Assembly (NCBI GenBank): GCA_047600945.1
Contig: JASGKC010000001.1
Coordinates: 5,337,209 to 5,401,208 of the forward strand
Reading direction: 5' to 3'
DNA length: 64,000 nt
Origin: Tepidisphaeraceae bacterium
GTDB taxonomy: Bacteria; Planctomycetota; Phycisphaerae; Tepidisphaerales; Tepidisphaeraceae
Made by a program: the position numbers and the translations under genes. The stretch's first letter is position 1, and each line of letters opens with the position of its first letter. Below the pieces are notes generated by a model. That model was not told the DNA's origin. It did no database searches and was given only the letters and a program-made list of their open reading frames with translations. Positions 1-9,647 of the stretch are shown in pieces.

Positions 1-2791
1 GTCCGACACGACCGAACGGCACGAATCCGAAGCCGCCCTGCGCAACAGCGAGGAGCGTCTGCGTTTGGCGCTCGACGCCACCGACGATGGCATATGGGAT
101 TGGGACACGACCACCGGCCAAGTCACGGTCAGCGAGCACTGGCATACGATGTTGGGTCTGCCGTCCGCGACGAGGACCACTTTCACCTTCGTGCGGGCCC
201 TGATTCATCCGGAAGACCTGCCGATCATCGACTCCGCCGTGTCGGACCACCTCAATGGCCTGACGCCGATGATTCAGGCCGAAGTCCGCTTGCGTCATGC
301 CAAGGGGCATTGGATCAACGTCCTGACACGAGGTCGCATCGTCCGGTGGAGCGACTTGGGCCATCCGTTGCGCGTCGTCGGTACGCACGTCGACCTGACG
401 CGCGAAGTCGAAGCTCGCCAGTTGCTCGACGAGGAACGCCAACGCCTCCAGATCGCACTGGAAGGCGCGAACATCGGGATGTGGGACTGGGACATCGGGA
501 CGGGTAAGGCATTCTTCACCGACATCTGGTTCCGCATGCTCGGCTACGAGCCCAGCGACCTGCCCATGACGGTTCAGACCTGGGAACGCCTCGCCCACCC
601 GGATGATCTGCTAGCCGCACGAGCCGCGTTGGAGCAGCACTTCCGCGGCGAGACAGCGACCTTCCGCCTGGAAATGCGGCTGAAAAACAAGGCCGGCGAC
701 TGGCAGTGGATCCTTGATGCCGGCAAAGTCGTGGAATGGACCGAAGATGGCCAGCCGCGACGAATGATCGGCGTCCATCAGGACATCGACTCGATGAAGC
801 GGGTTCAGGATCAGCTGGCCAGCAAGAAACAATTACTTAAGACATTCATCGAGCGAACGCCTGCCGCCGTCGCGATGTTTGATCGGGAGATGCGCTACAT
901 CGCCACCAGCCGGCGCTGGCTGGCTGATTTCAAGCTGAGCGAGCGTGACCTTGTCGGCCAGTCGCACTACGAGGTCTTCCCCGACATCCCCGAGCGCTGG
1001 AAGCAGATCCACAAGCGCTGTCTGAATGGCGCCGTCGAGGCATGCGACCACGATCCCTTCCCCCGCGCCGACGGCACCACCGACTACGTCCGCTGGGAAG
1101 TCGCGCCGTGGCGAGACGCGGACGGCATGATCGGCGGCATGATCATCTTCACACAGGTGGTCACCGCCGAAGTGCTCGCCGCCTCGGAACTTCAGGCCGC
1201 CCGTGACCGCGCCGAACGCACGGCGGCCGTGCTCGAGGCGCAGCAGAACAGTTCGCTCGACGGCATCATTATCGTCGATGAGCAGCAGCACGTCGTCGCA
1301 TACAACAAGCAGTTCCTCGATCTCTGGCAAATCGATGGATCTCCCTCCGATCTGGGCGGCACCGACCACTTCCTGACCCGTGTCGTCAACGAGCGCGTGG
1401 CCGACCCCGCAGGTTTCCTGGCACGGGTCGTGGAACTGTACGGGAGGCCCGATGCCACCGCGCGAGACGAGATCCAACTGAACGACGGTCGCACCTTCGA
1501 CCGATACACGGCCCCCGTTCGCCTGCCCGACAACACGTACATGGGCCGATTCTGGAGCTTCCGCGATCTGACCGAGCGGAAGCAGGTCGAACGTCAGCTC
1601 GCCGCCGCGCGCGACGCCGCCGATGCCGCCAACCGAGCCAAGAGCGAGTTCCTGGCCAACATGAGCCACGAACTGCGCACGCCGTTGACGGCCATCCTCG
1701 GCTTCGCCGATCTGCTGACCGATGGCGCCCCCACGCCCGAGCAACTCACCGAATTCCTTCAGACCATCCGCCGCAACGGCGAGCATCTGCTGGGCATCAT
1801 CAACGACGTGCTCGATCTCTCGAAGATCGAGGCACAACGGCTCACGCTCGAATCGCTCGACGCATCGCCGCGCCAGATGCTGAACGACGTGGCCGAACTG
1901 TTCCGTGGTCGCGCTGGCGAGAAGAAGATCGACATTCGTGCCGTCATCGACCCGGCCGTGCCGGCGACGATCCGCACGGACCCGCTACGTCTGCGTCAGG
2001 TGCTGATGAACCTCGCCAGCAACGCCGTGAAATTCACCGATCACGGCACGGTCACGTTGTGTGCCGACATCGGACGAAAGTCTTCGGGCAAGCCTGTACT
2101 GCGGCTCAGCGTCAGTGACACAGGCATTGGTATCGCGGCCAGCAAGCTCGATCGGCTCTTCCAGCCGTTCGAACAGGCCGACAGCTCGACGACGCGCCGG
2201 TTTGGCGGCACCGGACTGGGCCTGTCCATCTGCGAACGGCTCATACGGCTGATGGGCGGCGAATTGACCGTCGTCAGCAAGCCGCGCCGGGGCAGCACCT
2301 TCACCTGCACGCTGCCGCTACCCGCAACGCTCCCGAATGAGGCCGCGACCTTGCCGAGCAAGCCAGTGGACCACGAACCACAGGTCCCACGGATGCCGAT
2401 CAACGGTCGACTGACCGGCCGGCGCGGGTTGGTGGCCGAGGATGGCCCGGACAACCAGCGTCTGATCGCCTTCCTCATGCGCCGCGCCGGCGCCGAGGTG
2501 GAAGTCGTTGCCGACGGGCAGGCCGCGCTGGATCGCGCCAGTGCGAGTCACTTCGACTTCGTCCTTATGGACATGCAGATGCCGATCATGGACGGCTACA
2601 CCGCCGTCACGCAGTTGCGTACCCGTGGCAATCGCACGCCCATCATCGCCCTCACCGCCCACGCCATGGACGGCGACCGCGAGCACTGCCTCCGCACAGG
2701 CTGCGATGGCTATTGCAGCAAGCCACTCGATCCTCAAAAGCTGGTCTACACCATCGAGCGACTGTTGGCCTCGAAGACGCTGGCCGCCTGA
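1..2791 (+). CDS. Hybrid sensor histidine kinase / response regulator with multiple PAS domains (5' end outside window)
   Basis: Frame open from nt 2 with no upstream stop; repeated PAS-like segments; HisKA H-box SHELRTPL; HATPase region ([12 protein letters not shown]); C-terminal receiver domain with [14 protein letters not shown]. Confidence 0.85.
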   Translation, partial: SDTTERHESEAALRNSEERLRLALDATDDGIWDWDTTTGQVTVSEHWHTMLGLPSATRTTFTFVRALIHPEDLPIIDSAVSDHLNGLTPMIQAEVRLRHAKGHWINVLTRGRIVRWSDLGHPLRVVGTHVDLTREVEARQLLDEERQRLQIALEGANIGMWDWDIGTGKAFFTDIWFRMLGYEPSDLPMTVQTWERLAHPDDLLAARAALEQHFRGETATFRLEMRLKNKAGDWQWILDAGKVVEWTEDGQPRRMIGVHQDIDSMKRVQDQLASKKQLLKTFIERTPAAVAMFDREMRYIATSRRWLADFKLSERDLVGQSHYEVFPDIPERWKQIHKRCLNGAVEACDHDPFPRADGTTDYVRWEVAPWRDADGMIGGMIIFTQVVTAEVLAASELQAARDRAERTAAVLEAQQNSSLDGIIIVDEQQHVVAYNKQFLDLWQIDGSPSDLGGTDHFLTRVVNERVADPAGFLARVVELYGRPDATARDEIQLNDGRTFDRYTAPVRLPDNTYMGRFWSFRDLTERKQVERQLAAARDAADAANRAKSEFLANMSHELRTPLTAILGFADLLTDGAPTPEQLTEFLQTIRRNGEHLLGIINDVLDLSKIEAQRLTLESLDASPRQMLNDVAELFRGRAGEKKIDIRAVIDPAVPATIRTDPLRLRQVLMNLASNAVKFTDHGTVTLCADIGRKSSGKPVLRLSVSDTGIGIAASKLDRLFQPFEQADSSTTRRFGGTGLGLSICERLIRLMGGELTVVSKPRRGSTFTCTLPLPATLPNEAATLPSKPVDHEPQVPRMPINGRLTGRRGLVAEDGPDNQRLIAFLMRRAGAEVEVVADGQAALDRASASHFDFVLMDMQMPIMDGYTAVTQLRTRGNRTPIIALTAHAMDGDREHCLRTGCDGYCSKPLDPQKLVYTIERLLASKTLAA

Positions 2792-2823
2792 CTCGGGCAT
2801 CATCTACGCCTGGTTCGCCAAAC

Positions 2824-2860
2824 AAAGATCGACGCCCGTGAAGGCGTCGATCTGTTCTTT
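2824..2860. terminator. Hairpin (AAGATCGACGCC..GGCGTCGATCT) followed by T-rich tract between convergent genes
   Basis: Perfect 11-bp stem with 6-nt loop followed by GTTCTTTCG; lies between stop of the histidine kinase (+) and stop of the metalloprotease (-). Confidence 0.4.
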
Positions 2861-2881
2861 CGTCAGGTTGCGCCAGCATCC

Positions 2882-5713
2882 TTAGCGGACGCCGTCCTGG
2901 TACATCATTGCGCCGCGACCGGTCAGGGCGTCGAGCGAGAGCTCCGGCGCATCCAGCACGCGATCGATCCGGCTCTTGGTTTCGACCAGGTGCGACCGCG
3001 TCGCGAAGTCGAGCGCGGCCGGCTGCTTCAGGATCTCGGCGATCTGGGCCGCGGTGTCGCGCAGGTTGCCGCGGACCATGCTCTGAAGGTCGGCGTTCAT
3101 GACCGAGCCCGAGGGCAGCTTCGCCATCGCGATCTGCAAGTCGAGCCACTGCTTCTGCAAGTTACGCCGCGTGCTGCTGATCATCGGTTGCGCGTCGGTG
3201 AACTTCTTGCCGGCCGCCAGCGGTTCGAGCTTGCCCCATACGAGTTCCTTCGTCTTTGTGAGCAGTTCCGCCGCTGTGAACTTGTTGGTGGCGTCGGACT
3301 TCAACTCGGCGTCGTAGACGCGCTGCAAGACGACCGGGTTGTTGATCATCAGCAGCACCGAGCTTTGCATGCTGAGCTGAAGCTGGTGGGCCGGGAAGTC
3401 GATCCGCGACGCCGGCCAGTCCTCGCCGTTGCTGAGGCGCGTAGCGACCAGTCGATTGAACATCTCAGGACTGACCTTGAGGAAGTCGTCGCTCAGCACG
3501 GTCTTGCCGAGCAGTTCGAGCGCGGCCCGCTGCTGATCGGGTGGGACGATCGTCAGCGGAGCGGTCGCGTCCTTGTCGGCAGCGCGGTTGCGGTTGAAGT
3601 ACTGCCCGCCCACGATGCGGGCCGCGTATTGCAGGCCCTGCAACTTGTTGTACGCCAGGCCGAGGAACGCCGAGCGCAGAAAGTGCTGCGGCTCGTCGCT
3701 GCGGACGGCCCACTTGTCGAAGTCGGTCAGTAACTCGTCGGCGAACATCGTGCCGTTGTTGGCCCAGCCGACGATGTCGCTGCTCATGTCCCAGCGGTTG
3801 CTGAGCGGGTCGGGGCTGCTCAGGCCCGCGACGTCTTCATCCGTCGCGAAGGCCAAACCCGGCTCGTTGCAGCGCGACGCGATTTCCGCCAGACCCTTCT
3901 TCGCCTCGGCGGCACCGTCGAACTGCTTGTAGCCGTACTGAATCGCCCAGAAGTCATACGGCCCGATGACCGGCGACGTGATCTGCTTCACGTTCTCGAT
4001 CCGATCGCCCGGGAAGAGCAGCGGCGCGTTGTAGTCCATCACGCTGGCGAAGGTCGGCTCGTTGCCGGTGTCGCGACGCTTCTTGATCTCGTCAGGGCTC
4101 AGCCACGCCGACGCCTTGAAGTTGTGCCGCAAGCCCAGCGTATGGCCGAGCTCGTGCGTGGTGATCATCTTGATCATCTGGCCCAGCAGGCGCTCGGGCA
4201 CCTTGCGATCGCCCGCCTTGGCCTGCATGAGACTGATGAGGTTCATCTGCTGCCGCACGCCCTGGGCGTAATCACAGGCGGCCGGGTGCGAGAGCGGGCG
4301 GCGCGCCTTGGCATCGACCATGAGCTGGCTGTCGTTGACGATCAGTTCCAGATGCCCGCGGCCCAGCTCGGCGTGCTCGCGCATTGCGCTCGCGGTCTGC
4401 TTCACGTCATCCAGCGACATGCCCATCGGGATGAAGTCCGGGTGCTGTTCGAGGAAGCCGACGACTTCCGGGCCCATCTGCGTGGCCAGCGCTTGCGGGC
4501 CGAACGTCAGGGCGAAATCCTGCTCGAAGCCGCGGACCATCGAGTCGTCGAAGATGATGTCGGCGTCGAGGATCTCGCCCGTGCGCGGGTCGGCCCGGCT
4601 CGGCCCCATCGCGAAGCCGCGGCCGGTCACGATCCAGCGGAAGAAGTTGTAGCGGGCATCTTCCGGATCGACATTCGCGAACTCGTTGTCGTCGGTCTGC
4701 TGCTGCACGACGATCGCGCCGGTGATGCCCACCTGCTCGAACGCCTTGTTCCATTCAAGGATGCCGTCAGCCACGTAGCGGCGCCATTGGAGCGGCACGG
4801 TCTTTTCGATCACGAAGGTGATCGGCTTCTCGGGGGGGCTCACCTCAAGCTGCGGGTCCTTCTTCTTCAAGTTCCAGCGATTGGCATAACGGATGAGCGT
4901 TTCGCGTTCGCTGTAGGGCGTGTTCCAGTCTTCGCGCACGGTGTCGAAGTAGCCGACACGTTCATCGAGCGCGCGGGGCGTGAAATCGCTCTGACGCAGA
5001 TCGGGCAGCAGACGCAGCGAGTAGCCGACACCCATCGTCGTACCCACGCCGCCGCGGCCGGCCATCGCGACGTCGACGTCGACGAGCACGTTTTCCGGGA
5101 AGACCTTGGCCTTGCTGTAGGTGGTGAGGTCGGGACGGGGCAGCATGCCCGGCGTCGCCATTTCACCGGCGGCGGCGTCGAGCAGCGCGTCGCCGAGGTC
5201 GACGACCGGGTCGTTGCCGGCCTTGCACAAAATCGGCAGCACCGCGATGAAACTACCCGTGTAGGTCGATTCGACCGCACCGGTGACGGCCTTGCCGGGC
5301 GTCTGCTTCTGACGCACGTCGGGCACGCTGATGAGCAGCGTGTTTCCGACCTGCTGGAAGCGCACGAGCGCCGTGCCGGCCGGGTAACCCATGTTCGGGC
5401 CGCGCGAGACGCTCATGGCCAGCAGCAGGTCGCGGCCGATGAGGCCCTTCGGAATGACGGCGAGCAACCGGTTGGCGTTCTTCTCGTCAGGCTTGCCGAC
5501 GTAGAGCGTGAGCATCGAATCGCCGTCGGTGCTGGTCACCTTGCGCAGGCCTTTGACAAGGTCCTCCAGTTTCGGCCCGGTTTCTTTCTGTTCGGCGGCG
5601 GCTTCCTCCGCGCGTGCCACGCTCGGCACACCGAACGACCCGGCCAGCAGGCCACACGCCACCAACGTCGCGCCCGTGGCGCACCAGAGCTTCTTCGACC
5701 ATCGCGTTGCCAT
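2882..5713 (-). CDS. Secreted zinc-dependent metalloprotease (HEXXH family, DUF4953-like)
   Basis: HELGHTLGLRHNF zinc-binding motif; N-terminal signal peptide MATRWSKKLWCATGATLVACGLLAGSFGVPSVARA; start moved to ATG at 5713 because upstream ORF extension is compositional junk. Confidence 0.7.
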   Translation of the reverse strand: MATRWSKKLWCATGATLVACGLLAGSFGVPSVARAEEAAAEQKETGPKLEDLVKGLRKVTSTDGDSMLTLYVGKPDEKNANRLLAVIPKGLIGRDLLLAMSVSRGPNMGYPAGTALVRFQQVGNTLLISVPDVRQKQTPGKAVTGAVESTYTGSFIAVLPILCKAGNDPVVDLGDALLDAAAGEMATPGMLPRPDLTTYSKAKVFPENVLVDVDVAMAGRGGVGTTMGVGYSLRLLPDLRQSDFTPRALDERVGYFDTVREDWNTPYSERETLIRYANRWNLKKKDPQLEVSPPEKPITFVIEKTVPLQWRRYVADGILEWNKAFEQVGITGAIVVQQQTDDNEFANVDPEDARYNFFRWIVTGRGFAMGPSRADPRTGEILDADIIFDDSMVRGFEQDFALTFGPQALATQMGPEVVGFLEQHPDFIPMGMSLDDVKQTASAMREHAELGRGHLELIVNDSQLMVDAKARRPLSHPAACDYAQGVRQQMNLISLMQAKAGDRKVPERLLGQMIKMITTHELGHTLGLRHNFKASAWLSPDEIKKRRDTGNEPTFASVMDYNAPLLFPGDRIENVKQITSPVIGPYDFWAIQYGYKQFDGAAEAKKGLAEIASRCNEPGLAFATDEDVAGLSSPDPLSNRWDMSSDIVGWANNGTMFADELLTDFDKWAVRSDEPQHFLRSAFLGLAYNKLQGLQYAARIVGGQYFNRNRAADKDATAPLTIVPPDQQRAALELLGKTVLSDDFLKVSPEMFNRLVATRLSNGEDWPASRIDFPAHQLQLSMQSSVLLMINNPVVLQRVYDAELKSDATNKFTAAELLTKTKELVWGKLEPLAAGKKFTDAQPMISSTRRNLQKQWLDLQIAMAKLPSGSVMNADLQSMVRGNLRDTAAQIAEILKQPAALDFATRSHLVETKSRIDRVLDAPELSLDALTGRGAMMYQDGVR

Positions 5714-5894
5714 GTGCAATTTCCTCTTCACGAATGAGATGGGTCCGCACCCCGGACCACGCCGGAATCGTCGACGATTCATCGGGCAGACCGCGATTCT
5801 GACGCGACCGCTTCTGTGAATCACGCGCAAACCCGATAAAAGGCGCAGGCGAAATGCTGATGGCTCGAGTGAAAATGACGAACAAACGGCGAAC

Positions 5895-6899
5895 CTAGAC
5901 GTCCAGATACCAACGGCCAGCCCATATCCATAGAGGGATCGTCGCCATACCAATGATTGCGGTGCCCGCGACGACCCGGACGGCCGTCTCGGTGTCCTGC
6001 TTGTAGAGGCGCGTGACTACCACCGGGAACATCGCCGCGGGCATGGCGGCTTGCAGCATAATCACGCGTTTCAGCTCGACGCTCACGGGCATGTATCGCG
6101 CCAGTAGCAGGAACAGAACCGGCAGGATGCCCATGCGCAGCACACTGGCCGTGAACAGCGTGTTCAGGCCGTGATGCCATTTCATTGACCGCAACAGATC
6201 GAGCATCACCGCGCCGGTCACGAGCAGACCGACCGGAATCGCGCATCGGCCCAGGTCGGTCGTTGCCTTCGTGACGACATACGGCACGTACGCGTCGGCG
6301 CCCAGCATGTTGATCGCGACGGCGCACGCGATCGCGACGGCCGGCGGGTTGAACAGGTGCACCCACCACCCTTTCGCCAGCCCGCCCGAGATGATCACGA
6401 TGCCGACGGTCCACAGCGCGAACTCGACGCCGACGTTGTGCACCATCATCGTCGGCACCGTGCTGTCACGATTGCCTTGCGTCGTTGCAACCGTCGCCAG
6501 CAGCGTGGCGGCCGGGTAAAGCGCATCCGCCAGCGGCAACGGCAGGTAGCCGTAGTTGTACATGCCCGTGCAGAGCGTGAACGCGCTGCGGTGCTCGGGC
6601 GTGGGCAGCGCCACCGCACGCCGCAGCCCATACGCCACCACGCCTGCAAGGACGAAGCCGAGCACGGTCGTGCCGAAGCCGACCGAGACCGGTGCGACCA
6701 CATCGACGAAGTGCGTGTACTTCGGATCGCCGACGACTTTCGAGAAGAACAGACACGGGATGAGCAGGAACGCCACGAACTTCATGACCGACGCATCGGC
6801 CTCGGGCTTGAGCCAGCCGACCACGCGGAGCACCGCCCCCGCCGCCACGATCAGGTAAACGGCCAGCACTTCCTTCGCGACGATGACGAACTCAGACAT
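5895..6899 (-). CDS. AEC (auxin efflux carrier) family membrane transporter
   Basis: ~10 predicted TM segments; N-terminus MSEFVIVAKEVLAVYLIVAAGAVLR typical of the AEC/malonate transporter family. Confidence 0.65.
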   Translation of the reverse strand: MSEFVIVAKEVLAVYLIVAAGAVLRVVGWLKPEADASVMKFVAFLLIPCLFFSKVVGDPKYTHFVDVVAPVSVGFGTTVLGFVLAGVVAYGLRRAVALPTPEHRSAFTLCTGMYNYGYLPLPLADALYPAATLLATVATTQGNRDSTVPTMMVHNVGVEFALWTVGIVIISGGLAKGWWVHLFNPPAVAIACAVAINMLGADAYVPYVVTKATTDLGRCAIPVGLLVTGAVMLDLLRSMKWHHGLNTLFTASVLRMGILPVLFLLLARYMPVSVELKRVIMLQAAMPAAMFPVVVTRLYKQDTETAVRVVAGTAIIGMATIPLWIWAGRWYLDV

Positions 6900-6944
6900 G
6901 CGGGGCTATTCGTAGCATGAGCGTCGACTAGATGCACTCGCCGC

Positions 6945-7035
6945 AGGATCAGCACAGAGATCACAGAGGAAGAAGAGCACACTGGGCCAATTCTTTAAAG
7001 CGTCTTCCCCGTGCCCTCTGTGTCTCGGTGTTCTC
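6945..7035. repeat. MITE-like inverted-repeat element, copy 1 (CACAGAG arms)
   Basis: Left arm GATCAGCACAGAGATCACAGAGGAAGAAGAGCAC and right arm GTGCCCTCTGTGTCTCGGTGTTCTCGTG are reverse-complement related, with an AT-richer core; same arm family at 13147-13300 and 26995-27235. Confidence 0.45.
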
Positions 7036-7860
7036 GTGTTTGTTTTGGAGGCGCAGCGGGACCGCGACGGCATTCACTCAGACGTGTATGCTCCCCTCGT
7101 GGCGAAAACGTTCTGGAGCATGTACGCACTCGGCGAGGCCGGCCTGCCGACGTCGATCGAATCGGGCGGTCAGACCTGGGCGCTCGAAACCACCGTCAAG
7201 CACGACTTCTGGGCCGCCACCGGGTTCTACCGCTCGGCCTCGGGCGAGCGCGCGGTGGTGAAGATCAACCGCCAGAAAATGTTCGTCATCCTCCCGCTCC
7301 GCTGGATCGGCCGATGGCTCGGCAATCGCGAGATGCGGGCCTACCGCAAGCTCCAAGACCTGCCGAACATCCCGCGTCTGATCGGCCCCGCCACCGACAC
7401 CGGCTTCGCCCACAGCTTCATCGAGGGCGGCCCGCTCACCCGCGACAAAAAGCCGCCCGACGGTTTCTTCGACGAACTCCAGGCGCTCACCGACGAACTC
7501 AAGCGTCGCGGCATCGCGTACGTCGACTCAAACAAGCCGCAGAACATCCTCCTCGGCGACGACGGCAGGCCTTACCTGATCGACTTTCAGGTGAGTTGTG
7601 ACGCCTCGCAGTGGTGGCCGCCGGCACTGGGGCGATGGGTGCTGAACCTGATGTATCGAGGGGATGTCTACCACGTCGCCAAGAACAAACGCCGCTTCAG
7701 GCCCGATCTGCTGACGGACGCCGACAAAGCCATTCTTGCCCGCAAAGGCTTTCTGCACCGCCTGCACGGCATCGTGAGCTGGCCCTACCACGCGATCCGC
7801 AAGCCGACGATGAAATGGCTGGAGCGCAGCGGGCGGGTGATGCCGGAGAAGAGCAAGTGA
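7036..7860 (+). CDS. Protein kinase-like fold protein (RIO / lipopolysaccharide-kinase-like)
   Basis: VVKINRQK (Lys region), DSNKPQNILL catalytic-loop-like and YLIDFQVS (DFG-like) motifs; GTG start. Confidence 0.45.
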   Translation: MFVLEAQRDRDGIHSDVYAPLVAKTFWSMYALGEAGLPTSIESGGQTWALETTVKHDFWAATGFYRSASGERAVVKINRQKMFVILPLRWIGRWLGNREMRAYRKLQDLPNIPRLIGPATDTGFAHSFIEGGPLTRDKKPPDGFFDELQALTDELKRRGIAYVDSNKPQNILLGDDGRPYLIDFQVSCDASQWWPPALGRWVLNLMYRGDVYHVAKNKRRFRPDLLTDADKAILARKGFLHRLHGIVSWPYHAIRKPTMKWLERSGRVMPEKSK

Positions 7861-7994
7861 TGAAGGTTCGGTGGTTGAGTGGTGAAGTGGTTCTGTGGGT
7901 GGCTCCCTTGTCGTACCACTGAACTACCGAACCACTCGACCACACAACTGCTCCCGATTGCATTTCCACTCATCTTCCGTACACATCAACCATC

Positions 7995-8999
7995 ATGAAC
8001 ATCCTCGTCGCCGGCGGCGCTGGTTACATCGGCTCGCACACCGTTCGTCAGCTCAAGCAGGCCGGGCACAATCCGATCGTGTTCGACAACTGCTCGCGCG
8101 GGCACGCGGTGATCACCGACATCCTCGATGTCGAATTCGTCCGCGGCGAACTCGACGACAAGGCCCTGCTCGTTGAAACCCTTCAGCAGCACCGCATCGA
8201 CGTCGTCATGCACTTCGCCGCGTACGCCTACGTGGGCGAGAGCGTCGAGAAGCCGCTGATGTACTACCACAACAACGTGGCCACCACGATCAACGTGCTG
8301 GAGGCGATGTCCGACGCGGGCGTGTCGCGGTTCGTGTTCTCCTCGACGTGCGCCACCTACGGCGACCCGGACGTCGTGCCGATCACCGAAAACGAGAAGA
8401 AGGCCCCGGTCAGCCCGTACGGCCGAAGCAAGTGGATGGTCGAGCAGATTCTCGATGACCACTGCAAGGCCAACAAGGACTTCTGCTACGCGGCCCTGCG
8501 CTACTTCAACGCCAGCGGATGTGCGGCCGACGGTCGGATCGGCGAAGACCACGACCCCGAATCGCATCTGATCCCGAACGTGCTGCTCGCGATCCTCGGG
8601 AAGAAGCCGGGCCTGACCGTCTTCGGCACCGACTACCCCACGCCCGACGGCACGAACGTCCGCGACTACATCCATGTGGAGGACCTCGCCGACGCGCACA
8701 TCAAGGCGGCCGAGAAGCTCGGCACGGGCTCGGGCCAGATGAAGCAGATCCTCGCGAACCTTGGCACGGGCATCGGCTTCAGCGTGAAGCAGATCATCGC
8801 GGCGGCGGAGAAGGTCACGGGCAAGAAAGTCCCCGTCACCTACGGCCCGCGCCGCGCGGGCGACGCGATCGCCCTCTACGCCAACCCGAAGTACGCCAAA
8901 GACGTGCTCGGCTGGGAAGCGAAGTACAAAGACCCCGAATCGATCATCCGCACCGCGTGGAGCTGGTTCCAGGCGCATCCGGACGGGTACAACGACTGA
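7995..8999 (+). CDS. galE: UDP-glucose 4-epimerase
   Basis: N-terminal Rossmann motif VAGGAGYIGSH, YxxxK active site region, length 334 aa typical of GalE. Confidence 0.9.
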   Translation: MNILVAGGAGYIGSHTVRQLKQAGHNPIVFDNCSRGHAVITDILDVEFVRGELDDKALLVETLQQHRIDVVMHFAAYAYVGESVEKPLMYYHNNVATTINVLEAMSDAGVSRFVFSSTCATYGDPDVVPITENEKKAPVSPYGRSKWMVEQILDDHCKANKDFCYAALRYFNASGCAADGRIGEDHDPESHLIPNVLLAILGKKPGLTVFGTDYPTPDGTNVRDYIHVEDLADAHIKAAEKLGTGSGQMKQILANLGTGIGFSVKQIIAAAEKVTGKKVPVTYGPRRAGDAIALYANPKYAKDVLGWEAKYKDPESIIRTAWSWFQAHPDGYND

Positions 9000-9026
9000 G
9001 CACCACGACAACCTAAAACTCGATCA

Positions 9027-9055
9027 AGCCCACCCCGCCGGGGTGGGCCTTTGTT
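9027..9055 (+). terminator. Rho-independent terminator after galE
   Basis: GCCCACCCCGCCGGGGTGGGC hairpin followed by CTTTGTT. Confidence 0.5.
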
Positions 9056-9079
9056 CATGCGGACCGAGATGCGAACGCG

Positions 9080-9508
9080 ATGTGTCGACGCGAGACGTTC
9101 GCGCAGCTCGATGATCGCAGCGCGGGTCTGTTGTCGCGTGTACAATCCTCCACGATGCCGCGTTGGGACGACCGTCAACCCTTGAACTACTTTCGACCGC
9201 TGAGCGTCGAAGAGCGCCAACCCTCGACGGCCGGCGTGGAGTTCGCTTGCGTGGTGCTGTCGATCGTGACGCTGCTGGTGACGCCGGGCGTTTGCCTGAT
9301 CGGGCAGATTCTGCCGTGGTGGTCGGTGATGCCGGTGCAGTGGGCGATCGCGGCCGCGACGATCGCCTGCGGCTGGGCCGCGCGACGCGGAGGCGACAAG
9401 CGTGAACCGCCCGCCCGCGCGTCCGATGTCGCGCTCGCCGTCGGCACGGTCGGCCTGGCCGTCCCGACGGCCGTGCTCCTGCTGTCGATCATGGCTCACG
9501 CGAGGTGA
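9080..9508 (+). CDS. Small hypothetical membrane protein
   Basis: Three hydrophobic helices (ACVVLSIVTLLVTPGVCLIGQIL, WAIAAATIACGWAA, LAVGTVGLAVPTAVLLLSIMA); no recognisable family. Confidence 0.3.
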   Translation: MCRRETFAQLDDRSAGLLSRVQSSTMPRWDDRQPLNYFRPLSVEERQPSTAGVEFACVVLSIVTLLVTPGVCLIGQILPWWSVMPVQWAIAAATIACGWAARRGGDKREPPARASDVALAVGTVGLAVPTAVLLLSIMAHAR

Positions 9509-9647
9509 GTTTCGAGATTCGGGACGCCATCGGCGTGATCGCCGCGTGTCTCCAATATCGGCATTACTCTGGCGCTCAAACGCAAGTTGCGAGCCGAACC
9601 GTCGGTCCGTCTCGCAACTTGAATCTCGAAACTTGAACCTCAAGCCC

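Noticed and set aside
5714-5953. N-terminal 80-aa extension of the metalloprotease ORF
   Set aside because: The extension (MVWRRSLYGYGLAV...FVKRKLH) has no protein-like character, whereas an in-frame ATG at 5713 is followed immediately by a textbook signal peptide; the shorter gene model was adopted.
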